A stretch of 64,000 bases of DNA from Clostridia bacterium (lineage in GTDB: Bacteria > Bacillota > SHA-98 > UBA4971), in assembly GCA_050261175.1 (NCBI GenBank), contig JBLNDA010000018.1, forward strand, positions 21,510-85,509, written 5' to 3'. Below the pieces are notes generated by a model, which had not been told where the DNA came from, ran no database searches, and saw only the letters and a list, made by a program, of their open reading frames with translations. The translations under genes were made by a program, and so were the position numbers. Every line of letters starts with the position of its first letter. The first letter of the stretch is position 1. This document shows positions 8,706 to 17,759 of this stretch, piece after piece.

Positions 8706-10205
8706 GTGCCGCATTTCAAGGACCTCGTGGAACGGGTCAGTGTAGAGAAGTTCACGGGCGACATGGACACTCTCGTGCAAGGAGTCGCTTACGACTCGCG
8801 CGCGGTCGAACCCGGGTACCTGTTCGTATGTATCAGGGGCGAGAAACACGACGGCCATGACTTCGCCGGGGAGGCCGTACGGCGCGGAGCCGTGGCCCTC
8901 ATCGTCGAGAGGGACGTGGCTGTACCTGAAGGCGTAGCGTCCGTTACGGTGGCGGACTCGCGCGAGGCACTCGCCCGGGTGGCGCAGGCCTTCTACGGCG
9001 ACCCGTCGCGCTCGATGGTGTGCGTGGGAGTAACGGGCACCAAGGGGAAAACCACCACGACCCACCTGGTAAAGCACGTGCTCGACGCATCCGGCCGGTG
9101 GTGCGGGATAATCGGGACGGTCGGACACGTCATCGGTGACGAGGTGATCCAGTCCAAGCATACCACCCCTGAATCCCTGGACGTACAACGTATACTCAGC
9201 GAGATGCGGAAGCGAGGACAGAGCGCCGCGGCGATGGAGGTGTCGTCCCACGCAGTGGTGCAGGGCCGCGTGCTCGGAGTGGATTTCGACATCGGCGTGT
9301 TCACCAACATCGGCCACGACCATCTCGACTTCCACGGGACGTTTGAGAGCTACTTGAGAGCCAAGACGTCTTTCTTTGAGGCGCTCGACCGCGGACGTTC
9401 GCCGAAGGGGCTGACGCGGACGGCCGTCATCAACCTTGACCAGCCTCACTCGGGACACATCATCTCGAGGACCCGCGCTGACGTGATGACGTACGGCATC
9501 ACGAGCGACGCCGACGTCAGAGCCGAGGACGTGCAGCTCCTTTCCCAAGGGGCGTCCTTCACGGCGCGCACCCCCGCGGGGCGGACGGAGGTGCGGCTCA
9601 GGCTGACCGGTGTGTTCAACGTGTACAACGCCCTCGCGGCCATCGCGTGTGGCATCGCCGCCGGCGCCAGCCTCGACGAGGCGAAGGCCGGGGTTGAAAG
9701 CGTGACAGGCGTGCCGGGTCGATTCGAAATAGTGGACGAAGGCCAGCCGTTCGCGGTGATCGTGGATTTCGCGCACACCCCAGACAGCCTCGAGAACGTC
9801 CTGAAGGCGGCACGGAGTCTCGGAAAGGGCGAGATGACGGTTGTGTTCGGATGTGGCGGTGACCGCGACAGGACCAAGAGACCGATGATGGGAGAGATAG
9901 CGGCGAGGCTTGCAAACCACTTGATCATAACGTCGGATAACCCGCGATCGGAAGATCCCGAATCCATCTGCCGGGAGATCGAGAACGGCGTGCTCAAGGT
10001 GCGCCGCCCGCGGGATGGGTACGAGGTAATCGTCAGCAGGGCGGACGCCATCAAGAGGGCGCTCTCCCGCGCGAGGGAGGGCGACGTGGTCGTGATAGCG
10101 GGAAAGGGTCACGAGACGTACCAGATATTCCGGGACCGCACCATTCACTTTGACGACCGCGAGGTCGCGAGAGACTGTCTCAGGGAGCGCATGGCAGGTG
10201 CCTAG
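8706..10205 (+). CDS. murE: UDP-N-acetylmuramoyl-L-alanyl-D-glutamate--2,6-diaminopimelate ligase
   Basis: It has the Mur ligase P-loop GVTGTKGKTTTTH and the DNPR motif (SDNPRSEDP) of meso-DAP-adding MurE, plus GKGHE. The ORF opens at 8640. The in-frame GTG at 8706 gives the usual ~30 aa ahead of the DSR motif. Confidence 0.92.
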   Translation: MPHFKDLVERVSVEKFTGDMDTLVQGVAYDSRAVEPGYLFVCIRGEKHDGHDFAGEAVRRGAVALIVERDVAVPEGVASVTVADSREALARVAQAFYGDPSRSMVCVGVTGTKGKTTTTHLVKHVLDASGRWCGIIGTVGHVIGDEVIQSKHTTPESLDVQRILSEMRKRGQSAAAMEVSSHAVVQGRVLGVDFDIGVFTNIGHDHLDFHGTFESYLRAKTSFFEALDRGRSPKGLTRTAVINLDQPHSGHIISRTRADVMTYGITSDADVRAEDVQLLSQGASFTARTPAGRTEVRLRLTGVFNVYNALAAIACGIAAGASLDEAKAGVESVTGVPGRFEIVDEGQPFAVIVDFAHTPDSLENVLKAARSLGKGEMTVVFGCGGDRDRTKRPMMGEIAARLANHLIITSDNPRSEDPESICREIENGVLKVRRPRDGYEVIVSRADAIKRALSRAREGDVVVIAGKGHETYQIFRDRTIHFDDREVARDCLRERMAGA

Positions 10206-11652
10206 GTTTAGCCTGGAGGAGGTCATAACCGCGACGGGCGGACGCTGCGGGGCGACGGGGACCGCGGAGGGAGCCGCGGGCGGCGATGCGGCGCGGACTA
10301 CGGGCGTGCCCGTGTTCACCGGGGTGAGCACCGACTCACGCAGAATCGCCGGCGGAGAGCTCTTCTTTGCTCTGGTGGGGCCCGCATTCGACGGCCACGA
10401 TTTCGCGGCAGAGGCGGTCAGCAAAGGAGCAAAGGGGGTTGTGGCGTCGTCATCCGCCAAGGTGACCGGGCTTGCAAGGTCGGTTCCCGTGATTCTCGTG
10501 GATGACACGCTCAAGGCCCTCCAAAGGCTCGCGAGGTACAACAGGTGCCGCCTGGGAATCCCGGTTGTGGCTGTTACGGGAAGCACAGGCAAGACCACCA
10601 CGAAGGACATGGCGCATAGTATCTTCGCGGAGCGGATGCGGTCTGCCAGGACGGAGGGAAACTTCAACAACGAGGTGGGGGTGCCGCTGACACTCCTTTC
10701 GTTGGAGCCCCGGCATGAGATGTGCGTTCTGGAACTTGGGATGAGAGGGAGGGGGCAGATCCGCGATCTCGCCGAAGTCGCCCGCCCTGACGTGGGCATC
10801 GTGACCAACGTGGGGCCGAGCCACATAGAGCTTCTCGGGTCCATCGAGAACGTGGCCCTTGCCAAAGCTGAACTGGTTGAAGCTCTGGGGCCCGACGGCA
10901 TTGCGGTGCTGAACGCCGATTGCCGGCACACGGCCGCGATGAAGGAAAGGACCCGCGCGAAGGTGGTGTTCTTCGGGATTGAGCACGATGCCGACGTGAG
11001 GGCCACCGATATCGAGGCGCTGGGGGAGAACGGCACGGACTTCACCATGTCATACGGCCAGAGGTCCTTCCGAGTGCATGTGCCGGTGCCCGGCGCCCAC
11101 AACGTGTACAACGCCCTCGCGGCGGGAGCGTCCGCTCTTGTTATGGGGATGGACTCCTTCGCCGTGGCAGAGGGGCTCTCGCACTTCGAACCATCCCACG
11201 GGCGCTCAGGGGTGATGGAGAGCGCGCGCGGCTTCACTGTGATAGACGACACGTACAACGCCAACCCCGCTTCCATGAGGGCTGCCCTTGCCACTCTCCG
11301 CGACGTGGCCGGCGGCAGGAGAAAGATTGCCGTTCTCGGCAACATGCTGGAGCTGGGGGAGATCTCCGCACAGGCCCACAGGGAACTCGGGCGGGCTGCC
11401 GCGGCCCATGCTTGCGATGTGTTGGTGACCGTGGGCGACCTTGCGCGCCTTGCTGCCGATGAGGCCCTTCGGCTCGGCAGGGGCGCGCGGGACGTGATCA
11501 CGTGCGATACTAGCGCCGAGGCCGTCGAAGCCCTCGAGAGGCTCGCTAGACCGGGCGACGTGATCCTCGTCAAAGGATCGAGGCTCATGAAGATGGAGCA
11601 GATCGTGTCTGCACTCTTGGGAGATACTGGAGGCGGGTCCGGTGAGTCGTGA
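10198..11652 (+). CDS. murF: UDP-N-acetylmuramoyl-tripeptide--D-alanyl-D-alanine ligase
   Basis: VTGSTGKTTTKDM, NNEVGVPLTL and DDTYNANPASM are present. The ORF opens at 10150, but the GTG at 10198 overlaps the murE stop and gives a normal length. Confidence 0.92.
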   Translation: MPRFSLEEVITATGGRCGATGTAEGAAGGDAARTTGVPVFTGVSTDSRRIAGGELFFALVGPAFDGHDFAAEAVSKGAKGVVASSSAKVTGLARSVPVILVDDTLKALQRLARYNRCRLGIPVVAVTGSTGKTTTKDMAHSIFAERMRSARTEGNFNNEVGVPLTLLSLEPRHEMCVLELGMRGRGQIRDLAEVARPDVGIVTNVGPSHIELLGSIENVALAKAELVEALGPDGIAVLNADCRHTAAMKERTRAKVVFFGIEHDADVRATDIEALGENGTDFTMSYGQRSFRVHVPVPGAHNVYNALAAGASALVMGMDSFAVAEGLSHFEPSHGRSGVMESARGFTVIDDTYNANPASMRAALATLRDVAGGRRKIAVLGNMLELGEISAQAHRELGRAAAAHACDVLVTVGDLARLAADEALRLGRGARDVITCDTSAEAVEALERLARPGDVILVKGSRLMKMEQIVSALLGDTGGGSGES

Positions 11653-12607
11653 GATTTACGCTGCCCTTGTCGCCATCGGGACTGTGATCGCGATAGGCCC
11701 GGCGTCCATAAGGATCCTGCGCAGAATGAAGTTCGGCCAGTCCATCAGATCGAACGGCCCGGCAACGCATCTCGCGAAGGCCGGCACGCCGACCATGGGC
11801 GGGATCATGATACTCCTGGGAGTCTTCGTGGCCACGCTGCTCTTCGCTCCGCGCACGTTGGGATCCGCATGGGCCCTGTTCATCACGCTGGGGTTCGGCG
11901 CCATCGGTCTCGCTGATGATTTCATCATCGTCGTGGCCAAGCGGTCCCTCGGACTGCGAGCCAGGTACAAGCTGGGCGCCCAGATCGTCCTTGCCATCCT
12001 GCTGGGGCTGTTCGCGGCTGCGAGGCCCGAGCTCGGCACGGCGGTAAGCGTTCCTTTCCTTGGCCAGCGGCTGGATCTGGGACCGGGGTACGTGGCTTTC
12101 GCGGCCTTCGTCGTGGTGAGCGCCTCAAACGCGGTGAACCTCACCGACGGCCTCGACGGACTCGCCTCCGGCACGGTAGCCATCGCGGCTCTCACGTACG
12201 GTGTCATCGCGACGCAAAGAGGCGCTGTCGACGTAGCAGTCTTCGCATTCGCCCTCGCCGGAGCGTGCGTCGGGTTCGCGTGGTTCAATTGCCACCCCGC
12301 GCAGGTCATCATGGGGGACACCGGGTCTCTAGCGCTCGGGGCGGCCCTGGGGTGTCTTGCGATATTAACGAAGACCGAAATTCTGCTCGTGGTGATAGGC
12401 GGGGTTTTCGTGGTGGAGGCTCTGTCCGTCATAATCCAGGTGACGTACTTTCGGTTGACCGGTGGCAGACGCGTTTTCCGGATGAGCCCTCTCCACCATC
12501 ACTTCGAGCTGTCGGGGTGGCAGGAACCCAAAGTGGTCACGAGGTTCTGGATATTTGGCCTCGTTTTCGCGGTTCTCGGGATGTTGTGCCTGCCGGGTCT
12601 GCAGTAG
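11642..12607 (+). CDS. mraY: Phospho-N-acetylmuramoyl-pentapeptide transferase
   Basis: The product is polytopic and carries NAVNLTDGLDGLA, GDTGSLALG and HHHFE motifs. Confidence 0.95.
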   Translation: MSREIYAALVAIGTVIAIGPASIRILRRMKFGQSIRSNGPATHLAKAGTPTMGGIMILLGVFVATLLFAPRTLGSAWALFITLGFGAIGLADDFIIVVAKRSLGLRARYKLGAQIVLAILLGLFAAARPELGTAVSVPFLGQRLDLGPGYVAFAAFVVVSASNAVNLTDGLDGLASGTVAIAALTYGVIATQRGAVDVAVFAFALAGACVGFAWFNCHPAQVIMGDTGSLALGAALGCLAILTKTEILLVVIGGVFVVEALSVIIQVTYFRLTGGRRVFRMSPLHHHFELSGWQEPKVVTRFWIFGLVFAVLGMLCLPGLQ

Positions 12608-12834
12608 CCGGCCGTGAGCGCGAGCACGACCGAGAGCGCGAGTATCGCAGCGGCAACCGCGGATACAACGGAGTCTTGAGCGCAGGAATCCCGAACGTGG
12701 TGCGGACGCGGAGCGACCGCTCCAGATGAGCCCTTGTGGTCCGGGTCAGGATGTGGCGTCGCTCCCTGTTTCGGGAGGGGCCGCGGGCGACTCGAGGAGG
12801 GAGGGCAGTCGCACCCGCGATGGGAGTGAGAAGC

Positions 12835-13953
12835 ATGCCGGCGCGCCGGAAGCCTTATGATAAGCATTCACCTGACGTCATGATCTTCCTCGTCACCCTC
12901 GCCCTCCTGAGCCTGGGGGTGGTGATGGTCTTCAGCGCGAGTTCGGTCAGCGCGTACGAGATCTTCCGCGACACGTACTATTTCATCAAACGGCAGCTCG
13001 CGTGGGCAGTCGTAGGCCTCGCCGCGATGTGCGTGGCAATGGAAATCGACTACCGGGTGTGGAAGAAGCTGGCCTGGCCGGCTCTCCTCCTCAGCCTCGT
13101 CCTTCTCGTGGCTGTGCTCATCCCCGGAGTGGGTGTGATGATTCGGGGATCCAGGAGATGGCTTGGAGTGGGGTCGCTCACGTTCCAGCCTTCCGAGGTA
13201 GCAAAGATCGTCATGGTGTTCTTCATGGCGAGTTTTCTTTCTGACCGCTCCGCGAGAATACACAGGTTCGTGGAAGGGTTGCTTCCTCCTCTCGTCGTTC
13301 TGGGCGTCGTGTTCGGGCTCATCATGTTGGAGCCGGACCTCGGCACGGCGGGCACAATAGTGGGGATCACCGTGCTCATGCTCTTCGCCGCGGGAGCGAG
13401 TATGTCGCACCTGGCCGCCCTCGGCGCAACGGGAATCCCCGCCCTCGTTGCGGCGGCCATGGCGGCCCCGTACAGGGTTCGCAGGTTCCTGGCGTTCTTG
13501 CACCCGTGGGAGGATCCGCTGGGCTCCGGATTCCACATCATCCAGTCGCTCCTGGCTCTTGGTTCGGGAGGCCTATTCGGGGTGGGGCTCGGAAGGAGCC
13601 GCCAGAAGTTCCTGTACCTTCCTATGCAACACACCGACTTCATATTCGCTATCATCGGCGAGGAGTTGGGGTTCGTGGGCGCGACGGCGGTCGTCATGTT
13701 GTACTTCCTTCTCGCTTGGCGCGGCCTGCGGGTGGCGATTGGCGCGCCGGACTCGTTCGGCAGCCTTCTGGCGGTGGGCATAACGACGATGATCGTGTTC
13801 CAGGCGGCCATGAACATCGGGGTGGTGTCGGGGACCCTCCCGATCACGGGGATAACCCTTCCGCTCATCAGCTTCGGCGGGTCTTCCCTCGTGACGACCC
13901 TGGCCGCCATTGGCGTATTGCTCAACATCTCCAAATACTCGTCAACCAGGTGA
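12835..13953 (+). CDS. ftsW: SEDS-family peptidoglycan polymerase FtsW/SpoVE
   Basis: The polytopic product has FQPSEVAKI and LPMQHTDFIFAIIGEELGF motifs. The ORF opens at 12736, and ATG 12835 (or 12820) follows a GGGAG SD. Confidence 0.9.
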   Translation: MPARRKPYDKHSPDVMIFLVTLALLSLGVVMVFSASSVSAYEIFRDTYYFIKRQLAWAVVGLAAMCVAMEIDYRVWKKLAWPALLLSLVLLVAVLIPGVGVMIRGSRRWLGVGSLTFQPSEVAKIVMVFFMASFLSDRSARIHRFVEGLLPPLVVLGVVFGLIMLEPDLGTAGTIVGITVLMLFAAGASMSHLAALGATGIPALVAAAMAAPYRVRRFLAFLHPWEDPLGSGFHIIQSLLALGSGGLFGVGLGRSRQKFLYLPMQHTDFIFAIIGEELGFVGATAVVMLYFLLAWRGLRVAIGAPDSFGSLLAVGITTMIVFQAAMNIGVVSGTLPITGITLPLISFGGSSLVTTLAAIGVLLNISKYSSTR

Positions 13954-13958
13954 ACGTC

Positions 13959-15110
13959 ATGAAAGTGGTTTTCGCCGGAGGCGGCACCGGAGGACACGTC
14001 TACCCCGGCATAACGGTCGCCCGCGCGCTCCTGGAAAGAGACCCGGGGGCGAAAGTGGTTTTCGTCGGCACCCGCAAGGGGCTCGAGGCGGATGTCGTCC
14101 CGAGGGAAGGGTTCGCCTTCTTCACCATTGAGGTGGCGGGCTTCCGCCGGAAGCTGTCACCGGACGTGGTCTTGACGGCGATCCGCGCGTGCAAGGGCTT
14201 CGCGCAGTCCATCGCGATCCTGCGGCGCGAAAGGCCCGATGTGGTTGTCGGCACCGGCGGCTACGTGTCCGGGCCGGTGGTCGTGGCCGCATGGACGCTG
14301 GGCATTCCCACGCTCATCCATGAGCAGAACGCTCTGCCTGGTTTCACCACGAGGCTGCTGTCGCGCATCGCGAGTGCCGTCGCGGTGACGTATCAAGAGT
14401 CCACCCGGTACCTCGCCAGAAAGTCCGAAATCGTGGTGACGGGCAACCCCGTGAGGAAGTCCATCCTCACCGCCGGCAGGCTCGAAGGGGCCCGGGCCAT
14501 TGGGCTCGACGCAAGCCGTCCCACGCTCCTCGTGTTCGGTGGGAGCCAGGGGGCGAGGGCGATAAACGAGGCCATGGTAGCCGCCGTGCCCGACCTCCTC
14601 GCACGGAACCGCGACCTTCAGGTGATCCACCAGACGGGCAGGCGCGATCATGCCTGGGTCGTGGCGGAGCTCGAGACGAGGGGCGTGGACCGGGGGAAGA
14701 CGTCGCGCCTGGTCGTGGAGCCGTACCTCTACGAGATGCACATGGCCATGGCATGCGCTGACCTGGTAGTAAGCCGAGCCGGCGCGATATCCATCGCGGA
14801 GATCACCGCGAGAGGTCTTCCCGCAGTGTTGATTCCGTTCCCCGGGGCCGCCGAGGGCCATCAGGAGAGGAACGCGCGGGCCTTGGAAGCCGCCGGCGCG
14901 GCCGTAGTGATACTCCAGAGCGAGCTCGGGGGGGATGTCCTCCGCGATACCGTGGAGGCGCTCCTCCGCGACAGAGCCAGGCTGGAACGAATGTCGCGCA
15001 GCTCCCGCAGCCTTGGACGGCCGCATGCCGCGGACGCCCTGGCCGACATGGTTGCGAGCCTCGCGTCACGGCACCGCCGCCTTCCCACGGAGACGCGGCC
15101 GACAGGATGA
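13959..15110 (+). CDS. murG: UDP-N-acetylglucosamine--N-acetylmuramyl-(pentapeptide) pyrophosphoryl-undecaprenol GlcNAc transferase
   Basis: The product starts MKVVFAGGGTGGHVYPG and contains FGGSQGAR and the C-terminal glycosyltransferase-28 domain. The first 150 codons of track ORF 13506..15110 overlap ftsW out of frame and are not part of the gene. Confidence 0.93.
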   Translation: MKVVFAGGGTGGHVYPGITVARALLERDPGAKVVFVGTRKGLEADVVPREGFAFFTIEVAGFRRKLSPDVVLTAIRACKGFAQSIAILRRERPDVVVGTGGYVSGPVVVAAWTLGIPTLIHEQNALPGFTTRLLSRIASAVAVTYQESTRYLARKSEIVVTGNPVRKSILTAGRLEGARAIGLDASRPTLLVFGGSQGARAINEAMVAAVPDLLARNRDLQVIHQTGRRDHAWVVAELETRGVDRGKTSRLVVEPYLYEMHMAMACADLVVSRAGAISIAEITARGLPAVLIPFPGAAEGHQERNARALEAAGAAVVILQSELGGDVLRDTVEALLRDRARLERMSRSSRSLGRPHAADALADMVASLASRHRRLPTETRPTG

Positions 15111-15446
15111 GAGGCGGGTCCCGGTGGGGGTTGCGACGAGACGCGGAGCGGGGGCGGCGAAGCGAACACCGCTGGCTGGGTGGTACGGGGCGGCGGGGAG
15201 AGAGGCCTTGGACAAGCAGGGCGCGCTCTGAGGCCTCCTCGCGGGCCCACGCGGGTTTCGCAGCGAGCGGGAGCCGAAGCCCGCACCCCGGAGCGCGAGA
15301 GTGGCAGGCGCACAGGATGCGGCATACGATTGTACGTCACGTGGCCGCGTCGCCTGCCCTCGCGCCTGACGCAGCGTGCGCGCCTCCGATCTCGTCCAGG
15401 CTTGTCCCGGGCCTCGAGGACTTCGTGTGCGGGAAGGGGAAGACAT

Positions 15447-16829
15447 ATGGAGCTAAAGGGTAGAATCCATTTCGTGGGGATCGGGGGTCACGGGATGAGT
15501 TCCATCGCCAGGGTTCTCCTGGAGATGGGATGCAAGGTGAGCGGGAGCGACGCAACGGACTCCCCCCGTGCGCGCGCGCTTCGCTCGGCCGGCGCGGACG
15601 TTCACATCGGACACTCCGCGGCCCTTGTGGAGGGGGCTTCCCGCGTGGTCGTGAGCGCGGCGGTCCCCCAGGACAACGCGGAGGTCCTCGCCGCCAAGCA
15701 CCTCGGCATACCGATCCAGAGCCGTGCCGAAACGCTGGCGGAGCTGGTGAACCCGGGGCTGGGCATAGCCGTTTCCGGGACGCACGGCAAGACCACCACG
15801 TCGTCCATGGTCGCCACGATTCTTCTTGAAGCCGGGCTCGATCCCACGTGCATTCTGGGGGAAGAAGTGGACGCAGTCCCCGGGGGCGGGAGGTCCGGCA
15901 GGAGCGACATCGTCGTCGCGGAAGCAGACGAGGCGTACGGCTCGTTTCTCAAGCTCTGGCCGAGGATCGCGGTGGTGACCAACATCGACGACGATCACCT
16001 GGACTACTACGGCACCTCCGATGCCATCGACCGCGCTTTCCTCGAGTTCCTGTCGCATGTTCCCGAGGACGGGCTTGCCGTCCTCTCGGTCGATGACGCC
16101 CGCGTGATGGCTGTGGAGAAGCGGGTGAGATGCAGGAAGACCCTGTACGGGCTGTCTGCGGGGGAGCTCTCGTGCGAGGATCCGGTTCCGGCGGGGCGGG
16201 GCCACCGGTTCGGCGTGGTCCACCGCGGGCAACGCCTCGGCCACCTGGAACTTGGGGTGCCGGGGCGGCATAATATAGCTAATGCCCTCGCCTCCGTTGC
16301 GGTGGGCCTCGAACTCGGCGTGCCGTTCGAGGTGATGCGGCGGGGGCTCGCGGGGTTCAGGGGTGCGAGGAGGCGCCAGGAGATCGTGGGCAAGGTGGGG
16401 GGCGTCATCGTGGTGGACGACTACGCTCACCACCCTACGGAGATCAGAACGACGCTGGGAGCGCTGAAAGAGAGCCACGGCGGGAGGCTCGTCGCCGTCT
16501 TCCAGCCGCAGCGGTTCACGAGGACCAAGTTCCTCTTCGACGAGTTCGCGAGGTCGTTCTCTTCGGCGGATGTCGTGGTCGTCACGGAGATATACCACCG
16601 CGGAACGGGCGAGGAACCCATACCAGGCGTGAGCGGCGAGAGACTGGCTGAGGCAATCAGAGCGAACGAAGGCCCCGCCGGTCCGAAGGTCGAGTTCATA
16701 AGCACCTTGCCTGAGATAGTGCCGTGGCTCCTTTCTGAGGTGAGGCCCGGCGACCTCGTTGTGACCATGGGTGCCGGAGACGTCGACTCCGTCGCCAGAG
16801 AATTCGTGAAAAGGATGAGGAACGATTGA
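15447..16829 (+). CDS. murC: UDP-N-acetylmuramate--L-alanine ligase
   Basis: IHFVGIGGHGMSSIA, GTHGKTTTSSM and DDYAHHPTEI are present. ATG 15447 follows GGGGAAG, and the upstream part of track ORF 15180..16829 is Arg-rich filler. Confidence 0.93.
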   Translation: MELKGRIHFVGIGGHGMSSIARVLLEMGCKVSGSDATDSPRARALRSAGADVHIGHSAALVEGASRVVVSAAVPQDNAEVLAAKHLGIPIQSRAETLAELVNPGLGIAVSGTHGKTTTSSMVATILLEAGLDPTCILGEEVDAVPGGGRSGRSDIVVAEADEAYGSFLKLWPRIAVVTNIDDDHLDYYGTSDAIDRAFLEFLSHVPEDGLAVLSVDDARVMAVEKRVRCRKTLYGLSAGELSCEDPVPAGRGHRFGVVHRGQRLGHLELGVPGRHNIANALASVAVGLELGVPFEVMRRGLAGFRGARRRQEIVGKVGGVIVVDDYAHHPTEIRTTLGALKESHGGRLVAVFQPQRFTRTKFLFDEFARSFSSADVVVVTEIYHRGTGEEPIPGVSGERLAEAIRANEGPAGPKVEFISTLPEIVPWLLSEVRPGDLVVTMGAGDVDSVAREFVKRMRND

Positions 16830-17737
16830 TAGGCACGAGCCTGGCCTTGCGTCTCAGAGAGATCGTTCGAGGTGAGGTCCACGCCAATGAACCCATGTGG
16901 CGGCACACCTCGTTTCGCATCGGCGGTCCCGCAGATGTCCTCGTGGTGCCGGAGGACACGGAAGACCTGGCTGTGCTCTTGCAGGCCCTCGCCGATGTTC
17001 AGGTGCCGTTCTACGTCATCGGGGCGGGAACGAACCTCCTCGTTGCGGACGAGGGGGTGAGGGGCGTCGTGATAAAGCTCGCGGGCACCCTCGACGATGT
17101 CGCGCGGGAGGATGGAAACGTCGTGAGAAGCGGCGCTGGTGTCCATCTTCCGGCGCTTTGCCGGAAGGCCGCGGCGTGGGGCCTCGCGGGGCTTGAATTC
17201 GCGGGCGGCATTCCCGGCACGGTGGGGGGCGCCGTCGCAATGAACGCCGCCGCGTATGGGCGGAGCACATGCCAGGTCGTGCGGACGGTCACGGCCCTCA
17301 CCTATGAGGGAAAACGCATGAGGCTGGACCGCGACGACCTCGGGGTCGGCGTAAAGACCACGAGGGTGTTGCTAGAACCACTCATCCTGGTGGAAGCGGA
17401 GTTCATCCTCAGCGAGGACGAACCCCAGGCCGTCCTCGGGCGCATGCAGGAGTATCTCGAGGAACGGTCTCGAAAGCAGCCTCTCTCCGTTCCGAGCGCC
17501 GGCTGTGTCTTCAAGAACCCTACAGGGGGCGGTGCCGGGCGGTTCATCGAGGCGGCCGGCCTCAAAGGCACGCGCGTGGGAGGAGCCGAGGTCTCCACAG
17601 TCCACGCCAACTTCATAGTGAACACCGGTGGCGCCACCGCACGGGACGTGCTGTCCCTGATGGAGATGGTTCGGGAGGCCGTGTACGACGAGTTCGGGGT
17701 GGTGCTCGAGCCGGAGATCAGGGTCCTTGGGGGCTGA
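16826..17737 (+). CDS. murB: UDP-N-acetylenolpyruvoylglucosamine reductase
   Basis: It has the FAD-binding motif SFRIGGPADVLVVP, GAGTNLLV, and the C-terminal SAGCVFKNP...GGAEVS. The TTG start overlaps the murC stop. Confidence 0.92.
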   Translation: MIGTSLALRLREIVRGEVHANEPMWRHTSFRIGGPADVLVVPEDTEDLAVLLQALADVQVPFYVIGAGTNLLVADEGVRGVVIKLAGTLDDVAREDGNVVRSGAGVHLPALCRKAAAWGLAGLEFAGGIPGTVGGAVAMNAAAYGRSTCQVVRTVTALTYEGKRMRLDRDDLGVGVKTTRVLLEPLILVEAEFILSEDEPQAVLGRMQEYLEERSRKQPLSVPSAGCVFKNPTGGGAGRFIEAAGLKGTRVGGAEVSTVHANFIVNTGGATARDVLSLMEMVREAVYDEFGVVLEPEIRVLGG

Positions 17738-17759
17738 CTGGCCGGAGGTGACTTGTTTC

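Noticed and set aside
8481-11588. A 1035-aa ORF on the minus strand, the longest ORF in the track
   Set aside because: It is exactly antisense to murE and murF, which carry unambiguous Mur ligase motifs. Its translation is Arg/Ala/Ser/Pro-rich with no recognisable domain. Long stop-free antisense frames are expected when the sense strand has strong GC3 bias.
12608-12834. A murD pseudogene remnant or small minus-strand TM ORF in the mraY-ftsW spacer
   Set aside because: No frame shows Mur ligase or Rossmann motifs. The hydrophobic minus-strand stretch (AAAILALSVVLALTAGY) lacks a start/SD context and lies within a filler ORF (12499..12867).
13506-13958. N-terminal extensions of track ORFs that overlap the preceding gene, for example 13506-13958 of murG, 15180-15446 of murC, 42611-43105 of purC, 41050-41241 of rluD, 20542-20652 of sbp and 61109-61225 of kce
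   Set aside because: The homologue N-termini and SD motifs sit at the internal starts I listed. The extensions are Arg/Gly-rich read-through in alternative frames of the upstream genes.
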